In this document: positions 26,147 through 35,144 of the stretch, in pieces
Position numbering within the stretch: position 1 is the stretch's first letter
Layout of the letters: each line of letters starts with the position of its first letter
From: an uncultured bacterium
GTDB taxonomy: Bacteria; Omnitrophota; Omnitrophia; Omnitrophales; Aquincolibacteriaceae
Direction of reading: 5' to 3'
NCBI GenBank assembly: GCA_964434115.1
Contig: CAYSSX010000001.1
Coordinates: 165,855-229,854, forward strand
Length of the DNA: 64,000 bases
Position numbers and translations under genes: made by a program
The notes under the pieces: model-generated
Databases searched by the model: none
What the model was told of the DNA's origin: nothing
The model's input: only the letters and a program-made list of their open reading frames with translations

Positions 26147-27367
26147 TTAACGTTTGTAGTATTCAAGGACTTTGACCACCGCTTCAATGGCGTCTTCAAC
26201 GTCCTGAGGCGTCATTTTGGCTGAAAGCGGAAGCGAGACCACGCGGTCGGAAACAAATTCCGCGCTGGGGAAATCCCCGCGCTTGTAACCAAAGGTTTCG
26301 CGGTAGTACTTCTGAAAATGAATGGCCCGGTAATGCACGCCCACGCCGATGGCTTCCCGGTGCATGGCTTCAATGAACTGGTCGCGCGTAATGCGGAGCG
26401 CGTCCGGGTTGATCAGGATCGGATAAAGATGCCAGGCGTGTTTGCCCAAATCATGAAAGTCTGGAATGATCAGGGAGTCCAGATGGCTGAGCGCTTCTTT
26501 GAAGCGGGCCGCGTAACGGCCGCGTGTTTCTATGAAAGAATCCAATTTGCGCAGCTGAACCAGGCCAAGCGCCGCGGCAATGTCCGTCATGTTGTACTTA
26601 AAGCCAGGGTAAATAATTTCATAATGCTTGAAACCCTTGCTCGAGTACCTTTGCCAGGCGTCCTGGTCAAGGCCGTGAAGCGACATGACTTCGATTTTCT
26701 TGGCCTTGTCCGGGTCATCGGTGGTCACCATGCCCCCTTCCGCGGTGGTCATGTTCTTTGTCACGTAAAAGCTGAAGCAGGTAAAGTTCCCGATGCTGCC
26801 GATCTTCCGGCCTTTGTATTCACTGCCCACCGCGTGGGCGGCATCCTGAATCACGGGAATGCCGTGCTTGGCCGCGATTTCGTGGATCGGGTCGAGGTCG
26901 CAGGTCAAACCGGCAAAATGAACCGGAATAATGGCCTTGGTGCGCGGCGTGATTTTCTTTTCAATTTCTTTGGGGTCAATGTTGAACCATTTGTTTTGAA
27001 TATCCGCGAAAACGGGTTTCGCGCCTGTGTGCACAATCGTGTTCACGGTTGCGGCAAAAGTCATGGGGGTGGTAATCACTTCATCGCCGGGACCAATGTC
27101 GCAGGCTTTAAGGCACAAATGAAGGGACGCGGTGCAGGAATTTGTGGCAATGGAATGCTTGGAGCCCACGTATTCCCGGAACTCTTTGGCAAACTGAATG
27201 GAGCGGGGCCCGGTGCTGATCCAGCCGGAGCGCAGCGCGGCAACAACTTCTTCGATTTCTTCCTCGCCGATCAAAGGCTGGCCGAATACCAGATACTTGT
27301 CGCGTACGGGTGTTCCGCCTTCAACTGCCGGGATTTTTGAGGATTTGCTCACAGATTGGGTTTCCAT
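26147..27367 (-). CDS. DegT/DnrJ/EryC1/StrS family PLP-dependent sugar aminotransferase
   Basis: Conserved Lys region (FSFYVTKNMTTAEGG); 406 aa. It is similar to PseC/WbpE/ArnB-type enzymes. Confidence 0.9.
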   Translation of the reverse strand: METQSVSKSSKIPAVEGGTPVRDKYLVFGQPLIGEEEIEEVVAALRSGWISTGPRSIQFAKEFREYVGSKHSIATNSCTASLHLCLKACDIGPGDEVITTPMTFAATVNTIVHTGAKPVFADIQNKWFNIDPKEIEKKITPRTKAIIPVHFAGLTCDLDPIHEIAAKHGIPVIQDAAHAVGSEYKGRKIGSIGNFTCFSFYVTKNMTTAEGGMVTTDDPDKAKKIEVMSLHGLDQDAWQRYSSKGFKHYEIIYPGFKYNMTDIAAALGLVQLRKLDSFIETRGRYAARFKEALSHLDSLIIPDFHDLGKHAWHLYPILINPDALRITRDQFIEAMHREAIGVGVHYRAIHFQKYYRETFGYKRGDFPSAEFVSDRVVSLPLSAKMTPQDVEDAIEAVVKVLEYYKR

Positions 27368-27415
27368 GGCTTTGTCAGATCTTGAAGAGATCGGTTTGAA
27401 AAGGTTTCAGGGTGC

Positions 27416-28252
27416 TTATTTTCTTCTGAGCCATTCATACTGCGATTCGATTTTTCTCATTTTCACATCCGGAGATCCCAGAATGGCTTCAAGCCGTCTG
27501 CATTCGCGTGCCAGCCGCGCCATTTGATCGGGATCAATCGAAACCGGCGCGTCCACGCAAGCGGTGTCGTCTTTCAAACGAAAATGTTTTTCAAGAACGC
27601 GGGCCCCCGCCGCGACAGCGTAAAGCGGAACCTGAATGTCTGCGGTATGGTCCGACTGCCCGATCACCGTATCAAAATGCGAGCGGAGCGTGTAGATCGC
27701 GCTCAGATGGGCTTCTGTTTCCGGCATGGGATACGCCGTAATGCAGTGAAGCAGGATGGTTTCCGCCCCCCGGGAAGTCAGAATATTATAAGCCTTTTGA
27801 ATTTCCTCAAGGCTGGACATGCCCACGGAAAGAATGGACGGCTTCCCTGTGGCGGCAATCTTCGGTACAAGTTCGCTGTCCGTGAGGTAAAAAGAGGCGA
27901 TCTTATAAAAAGGGCAGTCAATGGATTCGAGATAATCCAGGCTTTCAACGTCAAAAGGCGTGCTGAAAAATTCTACGCCCAGGGAATCCGCGTAAGCCTT
28001 GATTTCCTGAAAGGCCTTAAACGGGAGTTCGCATTTTTTAAGGATTCCGTACAAAGGCGATGGTTCCGGCGCCCGCTTTTCGGTGATGTAGGTTTGAAAT
28101 TTAACGGCATCGGCGCCGGCCTTGGCCGCGGCCTCCACAAGCCGGAGCGCCTTCTTAAGATCGCCCTCGTGGTTGATGCCGATTTCCGCGATGATATAAA
28201 CCGGGCGTCCGTCCCCCACCTGCTTTTGGCCGATCTGAATTAACTTAGACAT
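27416..28252 (-). CDS. NeuB-family nonulosonic acid synthase (PseI/LegI/NeuB-like) lacking the C-terminal SAF domain
   Basis: IIAEIGINHEGDL, KFQ and ...VGMSS. It is only 278 aa, so the TIM-barrel domain is present but the roughly 60-aa SAF/antifreeze-like domain is absent. Confidence 0.75.
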   Translation of the reverse strand: MSKLIQIGQKQVGDGRPVYIIAEIGINHEGDLKKALRLVEAAAKAGADAVKFQTYITEKRAPEPSPLYGILKKCELPFKAFQEIKAYADSLGVEFFSTPFDVESLDYLESIDCPFYKIASFYLTDSELVPKIAATGKPSILSVGMSSLEEIQKAYNILTSRGAETILLHCITAYPMPETEAHLSAIYTLRSHFDTVIGQSDHTADIQVPLYAVAAGARVLEKHFRLKDDTACVDAPVSIDPDQMARLARECRRLEAILGSPDVKMRKIESQYEWLRRK

Positions 28253-29381
28253 GAACCCTCTTGTGAGGCAAACGGTAATGAATGGTTTGAATTTTGTTCC
28301 GGGTACAAAAGTTCTTCGTAAATCGTTGAACCGCCGGCGTTAATCGCTTTGCCCAAAGGGAAGCGTGCGGGCCCTTGGGGTCCCGCGTAATGACCTGAAG
28401 GATCTTCTCCACAGGGGCCGAAAACTCCAAAGAATCCCAGTATTGTATCGATTTTTTATGAAGTGTCGACCTCTTCTTTTTTTGGAGCAGAAGAGCCTTA
28501 AGCCGGGCTGAAAACCCCGGCGTTTCCACCTGTGTGAAATCTCCAAGCCTTTCAACGGCGCCGGCTTGACTCAGCTTCCGGATATTGCCCTTCTGATGAG
28601 CGCGCAATTCAACGATGCCGCTCACCAGACCCCGCTTGACGCCTTCAAACAAGGTCAGTCCGCCCCCTGTGAGAAGCGTGTCCGCGGAATCCAGAATTTT
28701 AAAAAAATCCCGCCCAAAATCATGAATCCGGGAGCTTTTGGCAAAGCCCCGAAGGTGTTCCCGCGACAAAAGTCCCTTTTCCCCGGCCCCGGGCCTGAAA
28801 ATTTGCAGATCCAAACGATGCGCTTCAGGCATCTTTCTGAGCTGCTCCAGGCATTGAAGGGTCAGTCCCTTGGGTTCATTGCCTCCAAAAGATAGGACAA
28901 TTCTTTTCGCTGTCGGCGGGCATTTCGCCTTTTTATGGCTTTCCGATAAGAGCAAATAACGGTAGCCCTTGAAATCCGAACGCCGGTTTTCAATCAAGGG
29001 ATTAAGGGACACATCCGCGAGTGCGGCTGAAGCACCGCCGTCATCCAGGAGAACAAGAACTTTGTCCAGCGTCTTCAGCTTGCGGATAAACGGCGCGGGC
29101 CAGTCAAGACGATCCAAAATAAGGATGTCGGCTTTTACAGACTCCACGGCTTTTTTTGTTTCATGGAAACTGAAGGACTTTCCTTTCAGGACCCGGGGTT
29201 TATGACCGGAGTGAACCAGGAAATCGATGCCCGCGGAGTCTTTCGGAATAAGAAAGTGGCAGGCGGCTTTGGGCGAACCGCGTTTGATTCTGTCCGCGCT
29301 CATCACACAGCGGGAGAGATGTCCGAAATTGTATTCCGGATGTTTTCCCCCGGCGGTTAAAAAAAGAAGGTTCGGAAACAT
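28245..29381 (-). CDS. SpsG/PseG-like GT-B fold protein (UDP-sugar hydrolase/glycosyltransferase of nonulosonic acid pathways)
   Basis: 378 aa with a MurG-like GT-B signature (LLTGGGLTLFEG). It sits between the NeuB-like and cytidylyltransferase genes, as in sps/pse loci. Confidence 0.55.
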   Translation of the reverse strand: MFPNLLFLTAGGKHPEYNFGHLSRCVMSADRIKRGSPKAACHFLIPKDSAGIDFLVHSGHKPRVLKGKSFSFHETKKAVESVKADILILDRLDWPAPFIRKLKTLDKVLVLLDDGGASAALADVSLNPLIENRRSDFKGYRYLLLSESHKKAKCPPTAKRIVLSFGGNEPKGLTLQCLEQLRKMPEAHRLDLQIFRPGAGEKGLLSREHLRGFAKSSRIHDFGRDFFKILDSADTLLTGGGLTLFEGVKRGLVSGIVELRAHQKGNIRKLSQAGAVERLGDFTQVETPGFSARLKALLLQKKKRSTLHKKSIQYWDSLEFSAPVEKILQVITRDPKGPHASLWAKRLTPAVQRFTKNFCTRNKIQTIHYRLPHKRVHV

Positions 29382-30121
29382 CAGGTTTTACCCTTATGTT
29401 TCAAATGAAACACATGGGCGTTGATGTCTTTCCAGGCGGGGTTCTTTTCAAAAAGATCGATGATTTGCTCGGCTCGGTAGGCCTGATCAGCGGGCAGGTT
29501 TTCCGCAAGCTTCTTCAGCAATTCATAATCCTCCGGAGTATCGATGCAGATCCGGTATTCCGGATGATGAAGTTTTTCCTCCGCGGTCACGGAAACGAGT
29601 TTGTATTTTTCCGGGTGCTCGTAGAAATACGGCGTCACGTGTTCCAGATAAAAGGATTCCGGATTCATGGCCAGAAGTTCTTTGAGGCGGTCCGTACGGA
29701 CAATTTCTGTGTCCAGTCCCCGGGGGTAAGTCCGCTCAATCACGTTGGAGGCAAGGTCGCAGGGCTGGGAGAGAAAGGCCTGTAAAACTTTTTCCACCAC
29801 AAAGGGGTCGCTGAAAGGACAATCGGACGTGATGCGTACCATGGCGTCGAGCCCAAAGGCCTGGGCCGCGCCGGTGTAACGCTGCAAAACGTTTTCTTCG
29901 CTGCCGCGGAAAACGTCAATGCCCTTTTCTTTGCAGAAAGCGGCCAGCGGCTCGTCCTTGGGCGAAGTCGTCGTGGCCACAACCACGGACTGAATCCCCC
30001 GTACCCGGCGCATGTTGTCCACGCCGTGTTCCAAAACTGTTTTTCCGGCCAGCGGTTTAAGAATCTTGGCCGGCAGCCGTGTGGAACCCAAACGCGCTTG
30101 AATCACGATGCCGAGCTTCAT
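29381..30121 (-). CDS. Acylneuraminate cytidylyltransferase-family protein (SpsF/PseF-like CMP-sugar synthetase)
   Basis: IQARLGSTRLPAKIL N-terminal motif; 246 aa. Confidence 0.8.
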   Translation of the reverse strand: MKLGIVIQARLGSTRLPAKILKPLAGKTVLEHGVDNMRRVRGIQSVVVATTTSPKDEPLAAFCKEKGIDVFRGSEENVLQRYTGAAQAFGLDAMVRITSDCPFSDPFVVEKVLQAFLSQPCDLASNVIERTYPRGLDTEIVRTDRLKELLAMNPESFYLEHVTPYFYEHPEKYKLVSVTAEEKLHHPEYRICIDTPEDYELLKKLAENLPADQAYRAEQIIDLFEKNPAWKDINAHVFHLKHKGKT

Positions 30122-30127
30122 AGGATT

Positions 30128-30856
30128 TTAAACCTTGACCGGTTTTGACTTGAATTTGTGAGCGGAAAACCGCAGTTTCCAGACCATCCACAACGCTTCC
30201 CGGACAATGCGCCTGGAAATTTTCGAATCGCCGGAGGTTCTGTCCGTGAAGGTAATTGGAATTTCAAAAACACTGAATCCCTTCATCAGGGATTGAAACT
30301 TCATTTCGATCTGAAAGGAATAACCGTCAGAACGGATGGCGTCAAGGTCAAGGGCTTCCAGGACTTCCCTTCGGTAGGCCGTGTACCCGCCCGTCAGGTC
30401 GTGAATGGGAACCCCCAAAATGATCCGCGCGTAGATGTTGGCCAGGCGGCTGAGCAGAACGCGGCGCATGGGCCAGTTCGCGATTCTTCCGCCCTTCATC
30501 CAGCGGGAACCCGCGGCCACGTCATGCTGTTTTAAGGTTTCAAAAAAAGCCGGAAGATAGCGCGGGCGGTGGGAAAGGTCGGCGTCCATCTCAACGATGA
30601 CGTCGTAGTCGCCTTTCAAGGCCCATTTAAAACCCGCGATGTAGGCTGGGCCAAGGCCCATTTTTCCGGGCCGTTTCAGGAGATGGATGCGCTTGTTTTC
30701 AAGAGTCCAGGATTCGACCAGCGTTCCCGTGCCGTCCGGAGAGTTGTCATCCACCACCAGAACGTGGAGGTCTGGACTGAGGTTCATGAGGCGTCCCACA
30801 AGCTTGGGGATGTTTTCACGTTCGTTGTAAGTCGGAATGACAATCAAAGGTTTCAA
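30128..30856 (-). CDS. GT2 polyprenol-monophosphomannose synthase-like (Ppm1/DPM1 family)
   Basis: PTYNERENI, VDDNSPDG and EMDADLSH (DXD). It is soluble, 242 aa. Its ATG at 30856 overlaps the TGA of the GT-C gene upstream of it (ATGA). Confidence 0.85.
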   Translation of the reverse strand: MKPLIVIPTYNERENIPKLVGRLMNLSPDLHVLVVDDNSPDGTGTLVESWTLENKRIHLLKRPGKMGLGPAYIAGFKWALKGDYDVIVEMDADLSHRPRYLPAFFETLKQHDVAAGSRWMKGGRIANWPMRRVLLSRLANIYARIILGVPIHDLTGGYTAYRREVLEALDLDAIRSDGYSFQIEMKFQSLMKGFSVFEIPITFTDRTSGDSKISRRIVREALWMVWKLRFSAHKFKSKPVKV

Positions 30857-32343
30857 AGTTTTTCCTTCAGGTGATAAATCCGGAAATCAATTTCCTCAGA
30901 ATCTTCAAACGCGTAATGAGCGTTCATGTAGGCCGCGAAATCCGCCCTCTTTTCCAAAGCCGCCCTGTCGGAGACCACGAATTTTGAGGCCCCTTCGGAG
31001 CGCAGATGCTCAAGCCATGCCTGCGGGTCGCCGTACCCTTCAGCCTTCATCCGCTGGTGACGCGCCTGAGCCGTCATATTTTCAGGCGCCATGCCAAGGT
31101 CAAAGGGCCAGCCGCTGCGCCGGGTGTAATACAAAAGCTCCGGAGAAGTGCCGCTTTGGGCGATGACCCGGTCTTCAGGCTGAGTCCTCAGCTGAACCGC
31201 TTCACCCACGGCCGCAAGATGCCGGGCCCCGGCGCTGAAAGAGGCGCTTACAGGGGGAATATAATAGCGAAAGGAGGCCAGAAAAAACACCCCTAAAATT
31301 AGAAGGCCCCAGGATTTACGGCGCAAGGCCAGAAAATCGCTAAGCCCCGCGGCCGCCAGAACCGCGGCTCCCGGAATGGCGGCGATTAAATAAAAAGGAT
31401 GGTCATAAACTTTTTGCGGCAGAAGAAGCGCGGTGAACAACGGGCAAACGCAGGCTGCGGCCGCCAAAAGAACGGGCGGCCTTACTTTCCGGAAAGCACC
31501 GGTCAGCGCAAAAGGAACAAGCACAGGCGTGAGCCAAAGCGTAAAAATAATCTGCAGAAACCGCTGCAGAAAATCTTTTGAAAAAAGAAGAGACCGGCTC
31601 ATGACCCTTCCCTCGCCTGCCTGCATAAATAAACTGGTCATCACCGACTCCGGATGCGCGGTTTGGATCAAAGCCGTGCAGCCAAACCATAGGCCGGCCG
31701 GAAGCAGGACGCCAGCGCCAAAAAGGAAAAGCCTTTTCCACCTGCCGGTCTGTTGCAGCACCAGCGGAACAAGCATCACCGGGATCAGGAGGATAAAATG
31801 CAGGCGGGCCAGCAGGACAAGTGAAAAGAAAATTCCCGCGCCTAAGGCCGGAAAAAGTCCGGGGCGAAGGGCCAAGGCAAACGCGGACAAAAGGAAAAAT
31901 AAGGCAGCGGCCTCATTCTGAAGCGCGACTCCGTAAATCAGCGCCATGGGAGAAAAGGTGAAAAATAAAACCGCAAGAAAAGATTCCTGCTCCGAGAAAA
32001 ATTTCCGGGTGATTTTCCGGAGGAGCACGCCGGACCCTGCCATCCAAAGCGCGGCCTGCACGCGTCCCCAGAAATCGAGCGAAACCACGGGGATGAGGCG
32101 TTCTAAAAGTGCGGCGGCAAAACTTCCAAAAGGGTAATAAATGAGATGAAGGGCGGGTTTGCCATGCATCAGGATTTGGGTCTGCGGCGCGAGCCAGGCT
32201 TCCCAGCCGCCTTCGGTCATGGCGCGGGCCATCATGGCGTTGACGATTTGATAACTTCCGAAATGCCCGATCAAGGGGGCAGAAAAAAAAGGAATCTTGA
32301 TAAGAAAACCGCTGAGGATGGCAAGAATCCAGAGCTGCGGCAT
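30853..32343 (-). CDS. GT-C fold membrane glycosyltransferase, ArnT/PMT_2 (GT39-like) family
   Basis: 496 aa and polytopic. The R-x-FSEQESFLAVLFFTFSPMALIYGVALQNEAAALFF region matches the ArnT/Pmt loop-helix signature. Confidence 0.65.
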   Translation of the reverse strand: MPQLWILAILSGFLIKIPFFSAPLIGHFGSYQIVNAMMARAMTEGGWEAWLAPQTQILMHGKPALHLIYYPFGSFAAALLERLIPVVSLDFWGRVQAALWMAGSGVLLRKITRKFFSEQESFLAVLFFTFSPMALIYGVALQNEAAALFFLLSAFALALRPGLFPALGAGIFFSLVLLARLHFILLIPVMLVPLVLQQTGRWKRLFLFGAGVLLPAGLWFGCTALIQTAHPESVMTSLFMQAGEGRVMSRSLLFSKDFLQRFLQIIFTLWLTPVLVPFALTGAFRKVRPPVLLAAAACVCPLFTALLLPQKVYDHPFYLIAAIPGAAVLAAAGLSDFLALRRKSWGLLILGVFFLASFRYYIPPVSASFSAGARHLAAVGEAVQLRTQPEDRVIAQSGTSPELLYYTRRSGWPFDLGMAPENMTAQARHQRMKAEGYGDPQAWLEHLRSEGASKFVVSDRAALEKRADFAAYMNAHYAFEDSEEIDFRIYHLKEKL

Positions 32344-32348
32344 GGTTT

Positions 32349-33248
32349 TTAAGCCTTCCGGGCAATCAGGAGTACCCTGTTTTGCAGGCCGAGAAGCCGT
32401 GCCGCGAAAAAAAGGGTTCGAAGAAGAATCGAAGTCAGAGGGGTAAACCGGTAACGCGCGAGATCGGTTTCAGTTTTCCATACCCTCGCGGTTTGCAGGC
32501 CGGATTGCCGGACCAGCTTATCCAGAGTTTCGGTTCCAAAATAAGTCACATGCTCAAGGATGTAGAGCTTTTCAAGAGGCCCCGTGATTTTGCCGCCGCT
32601 GAGCGCGCAGGCTGTTTCCGCGATTACGGTCAGAAGATTCGGATACTGAGGCGTCGCGATCAACAGCAGTCCCCCGGGGGCCAGGAGTTTTTTCGCCTTT
32701 TCCACGAACAGCACGGGGTCCTGCGGATGTTCAATTAAATCCCACAAAACCACGCAGTCGTAAACGTCGTTCCCTGCCATTTCAAGAAACCCGCTGCAAA
32801 TCCCCTTAAGGCCTGCTTCGCGGACCGCGCGGATGTTGGCATCTCCGGAATCAACGCCCGTCACATCCCAGCCTTGGGTTGCCGCGAACTTTAAAAAAGA
32901 GCCTGTGCCGCAGCCGGCTTCCAAAAGCCTGCGGCCAGACGTGAGTTTTGAAGCCTCCGTCAGGGCTTTTGAGTAGTCAGCGTAAGTCCGGCTTTTGGGG
33001 TTCAGGGTTTCGTATTCATAATAATTTTCCAGCGCGGGGTTAATCTCTTTGAGAAGCTCGGGGTCGTTATAAAGAAGCATTTGTGAAGCGCCGTCGAGGG
33101 ACGGATCCACGTAGCGCAGTCCGCACGCCGGACAAATGTAAACCGAGAAATGACGGAGCTTGAACCGCGGATTTTTCGCGGCCGTGCTTTTGCAGGCCGG
33201 GCAATTTCCAAGACGCGTTAGATTCAGTTTTTGCCGGGCGTCGATCAT
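32349..33248 (-). CDS. Class I SAM-dependent methyltransferase with an N-terminal zinc ribbon
   Basis: CPACKS...CPACG and the LLEAGCGTGSF motif I; 299 aa. It is a paralog-like relative of 25285..26142. Confidence 0.75.
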   Translation of the reverse strand: MIDARQKLNLTRLGNCPACKSTAAKNPRFKLRHFSVYICPACGLRYVDPSLDGASQMLLYNDPELLKEINPALENYYEYETLNPKSRTYADYSKALTEASKLTSGRRLLEAGCGTGSFLKFAATQGWDVTGVDSGDANIRAVREAGLKGICSGFLEMAGNDVYDCVVLWDLIEHPQDPVLFVEKAKKLLAPGGLLLIATPQYPNLLTVIAETACALSGGKITGPLEKLYILEHVTYFGTETLDKLVRQSGLQTARVWKTETDLARYRFTPLTSILLRTLFFAARLLGLQNRVLLIARKA

Positions 33249-33290
33249 AGAGGCATCTTACGGGATTTTAGAAATCTGTAAAAGGAGCTT

Positions 33291-35144
33291 TTAAACCAGT
33301 TCATAGACCTCATACGAAAAAGCGGCCTCCACTTTGTTGACCGAAGTCAGGGCGTGGAGAAGACGCGTGTAACGGCCGTCTTGAAGAAGCCTGTCTACGG
33401 CCTCCGTCCGCTCAAGGTCTTCGGGTCGTGCCGGCACCGCAGGCCGCGAAACGGCAGGGACCGCCTTGAGAAGATGCGTAAACCCTTTTTCCTTCAAAAG
33501 CCGGCTGATTTCCTCCGCGGATTTTTTCTGAATTTCGGGGTGGCGTTTGATAAACCAGATGTTCCGTACCATTTCCCGTTCAAAATAAAATTGCCGGATT
33601 TCTTCGGCATTATAAATTTTGGCATTCTTCGGAAGGTTCTGATTCACCCAGGACGCGGCAGACCAGGAACGTTCGCGCATCAAAAGGTAGGCGTTTTTAT
33701 CGAATCCTGAGAGGTAGCGAAAAGCAAAGCGGTCGTGATAAAGCCCGGCAAGCATTAAAAGGGACACAAGTCCGGCGGCCGCTGCCAGAAAAACCGGACG
33801 AAATTTCACGCCCTGCGCGGAAATCAGGAAATCGTGGACTCCTCTTCCAGCCAGCATCACAAACACGGGGAATACGGGAAGCAGGAAGCGCGCGTTGTGG
33901 AAGAAACAAAACCAGACTGTGGTGTAAGCCCAGATAAAAAAGCCGTAAGGCCGCGCGTCCGGGTGCTTACGGACAGCGGCTAAAACAAAAGGCAGCGCGA
34001 GTAAATAAAAGGGGCCGGCCCAGTAACCCCGGTCATAACCGCCGGGGTTGACCGTCATAAAAAAAGGCAGCAGCAGATAATGAAGCAGGTCTTTGGGCGG
34101 CCCCATTTCCTGAAAGTGTTTCACGAAACTGAATTCCTGAGTGCCGAAAATCTGGCCGAGAAAGGGAAAAACCGGGTTTCCTGTCAAAATCCAGTTGCGG
34201 GCAAACCAGAACCCGCAGCCGGCCGTGAAGCCGAGTGAAAACCAAAGGAAGTTTTTCAGGCCTTCGCCCCAGCGGCAAGGCTTCAGGTTTTTCCAGATAA
34301 GAAGACCGGCATACGCAGGCGCGGCAATTAAAATCAGGATCTTGCAGCTTACCGCAAAGCCCCAGAACAAACCTCCAAGAAACAAAAGGCTGCGCCTGCG
34401 GTTTTCATTCTCCCGGCCCTGGACAGTCATCAAAACAGAAAGAAAAAGAAAAAGCGAGGCCCCCACATCGACATAGGTGGTCGGCATTTCATTGTAGACC
34501 GTGGGTGTTAAAAGAAAAATCAGGCCCAGAATCAATCCCGTCTTCCGGCTGGCACTGAACCGGGCCGTGCTGTCGATTACCAGGAGACAAAGGACCAGGC
34601 CTGTCCCCCAATGAAAGAGTTTGGCCAGCGGAACGCTCTTAAAAATCAGCGCCGTGGTGTAGAGCGTGTTAAGAAAAACCGGGAAATAAGAATTCAGGTC
34701 ATAGGGCTCCGGCCGCATGGAATGACGCCAGGCGAAAAACTTCGGAATGTTCAGCTGGTAACAAAGAGAGTCATTGGCGGTTTCGGGTACTGCGCAGAGG
34801 ACGAGGAGCAGTCCAAGGACAAAAAGCGTCACACACGAGGCGGTTTTTTCAACCGCGCTTTTTCCCGGAACCAAGGGTGAAAAGAAATCCCTCATTCCCC
34901 CCGCCAGCTTCAGCCGCGCCGCCAGCGCCGCGGCCAGAACAAGGAGAGGAAAACTTAAAATCAGAACCGGGGTCAAAAGTCCGGCATGGCCCAAAGCCGC
35001 TGTGAACAGGACGAAAAGGCCGCAGCCAAGGGTCCAGGAAACACACGCGCGCGTGACGGGCGGTAAAACGTCCAGATTCCGTGTGAATCCAAGCCCGGCG
35101 GCAAGAAACGAGAAAAAGAAAAGAGGAAACAAAAGTTCCGGCAT
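33291..35144 (-). CDS. Large polytopic membrane protein, putative GT-C-like glycosyltransferase
   Basis: 617 aa with about 12 N-terminal transmembrane segments and a C-terminal soluble domain. It is embedded among GT-C genes in the same operon. No specific family motif was recognised. Confidence 0.4.
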   Translation of the reverse strand: MPELLFPLFFFSFLAAGLGFTRNLDVLPPVTRACVSWTLGCGLFVLFTAALGHAGLLTPVLILSFPLLVLAAALAARLKLAGGMRDFFSPLVPGKSAVEKTASCVTLFVLGLLLVLCAVPETANDSLCYQLNIPKFFAWRHSMRPEPYDLNSYFPVFLNTLYTTALIFKSVPLAKLFHWGTGLVLCLLVIDSTARFSASRKTGLILGLIFLLTPTVYNEMPTTYVDVGASLFLFLSVLMTVQGRENENRRRSLLFLGGLFWGFAVSCKILILIAAPAYAGLLIWKNLKPCRWGEGLKNFLWFSLGFTAGCGFWFARNWILTGNPVFPFLGQIFGTQEFSFVKHFQEMGPPKDLLHYLLLPFFMTVNPGGYDRGYWAGPFYLLALPFVLAAVRKHPDARPYGFFIWAYTTVWFCFFHNARFLLPVFPVFVMLAGRGVHDFLISAQGVKFRPVFLAAAAGLVSLLMLAGLYHDRFAFRYLSGFDKNAYLLMRERSWSAASWVNQNLPKNAKIYNAEEIRQFYFEREMVRNIWFIKRHPEIQKKSAEEISRLLKEKGFTHLLKAVPAVSRPAVPARPEDLERTEAVDRLLQDGRYTRLLHALTSVNKVEAAFSYEVYELV

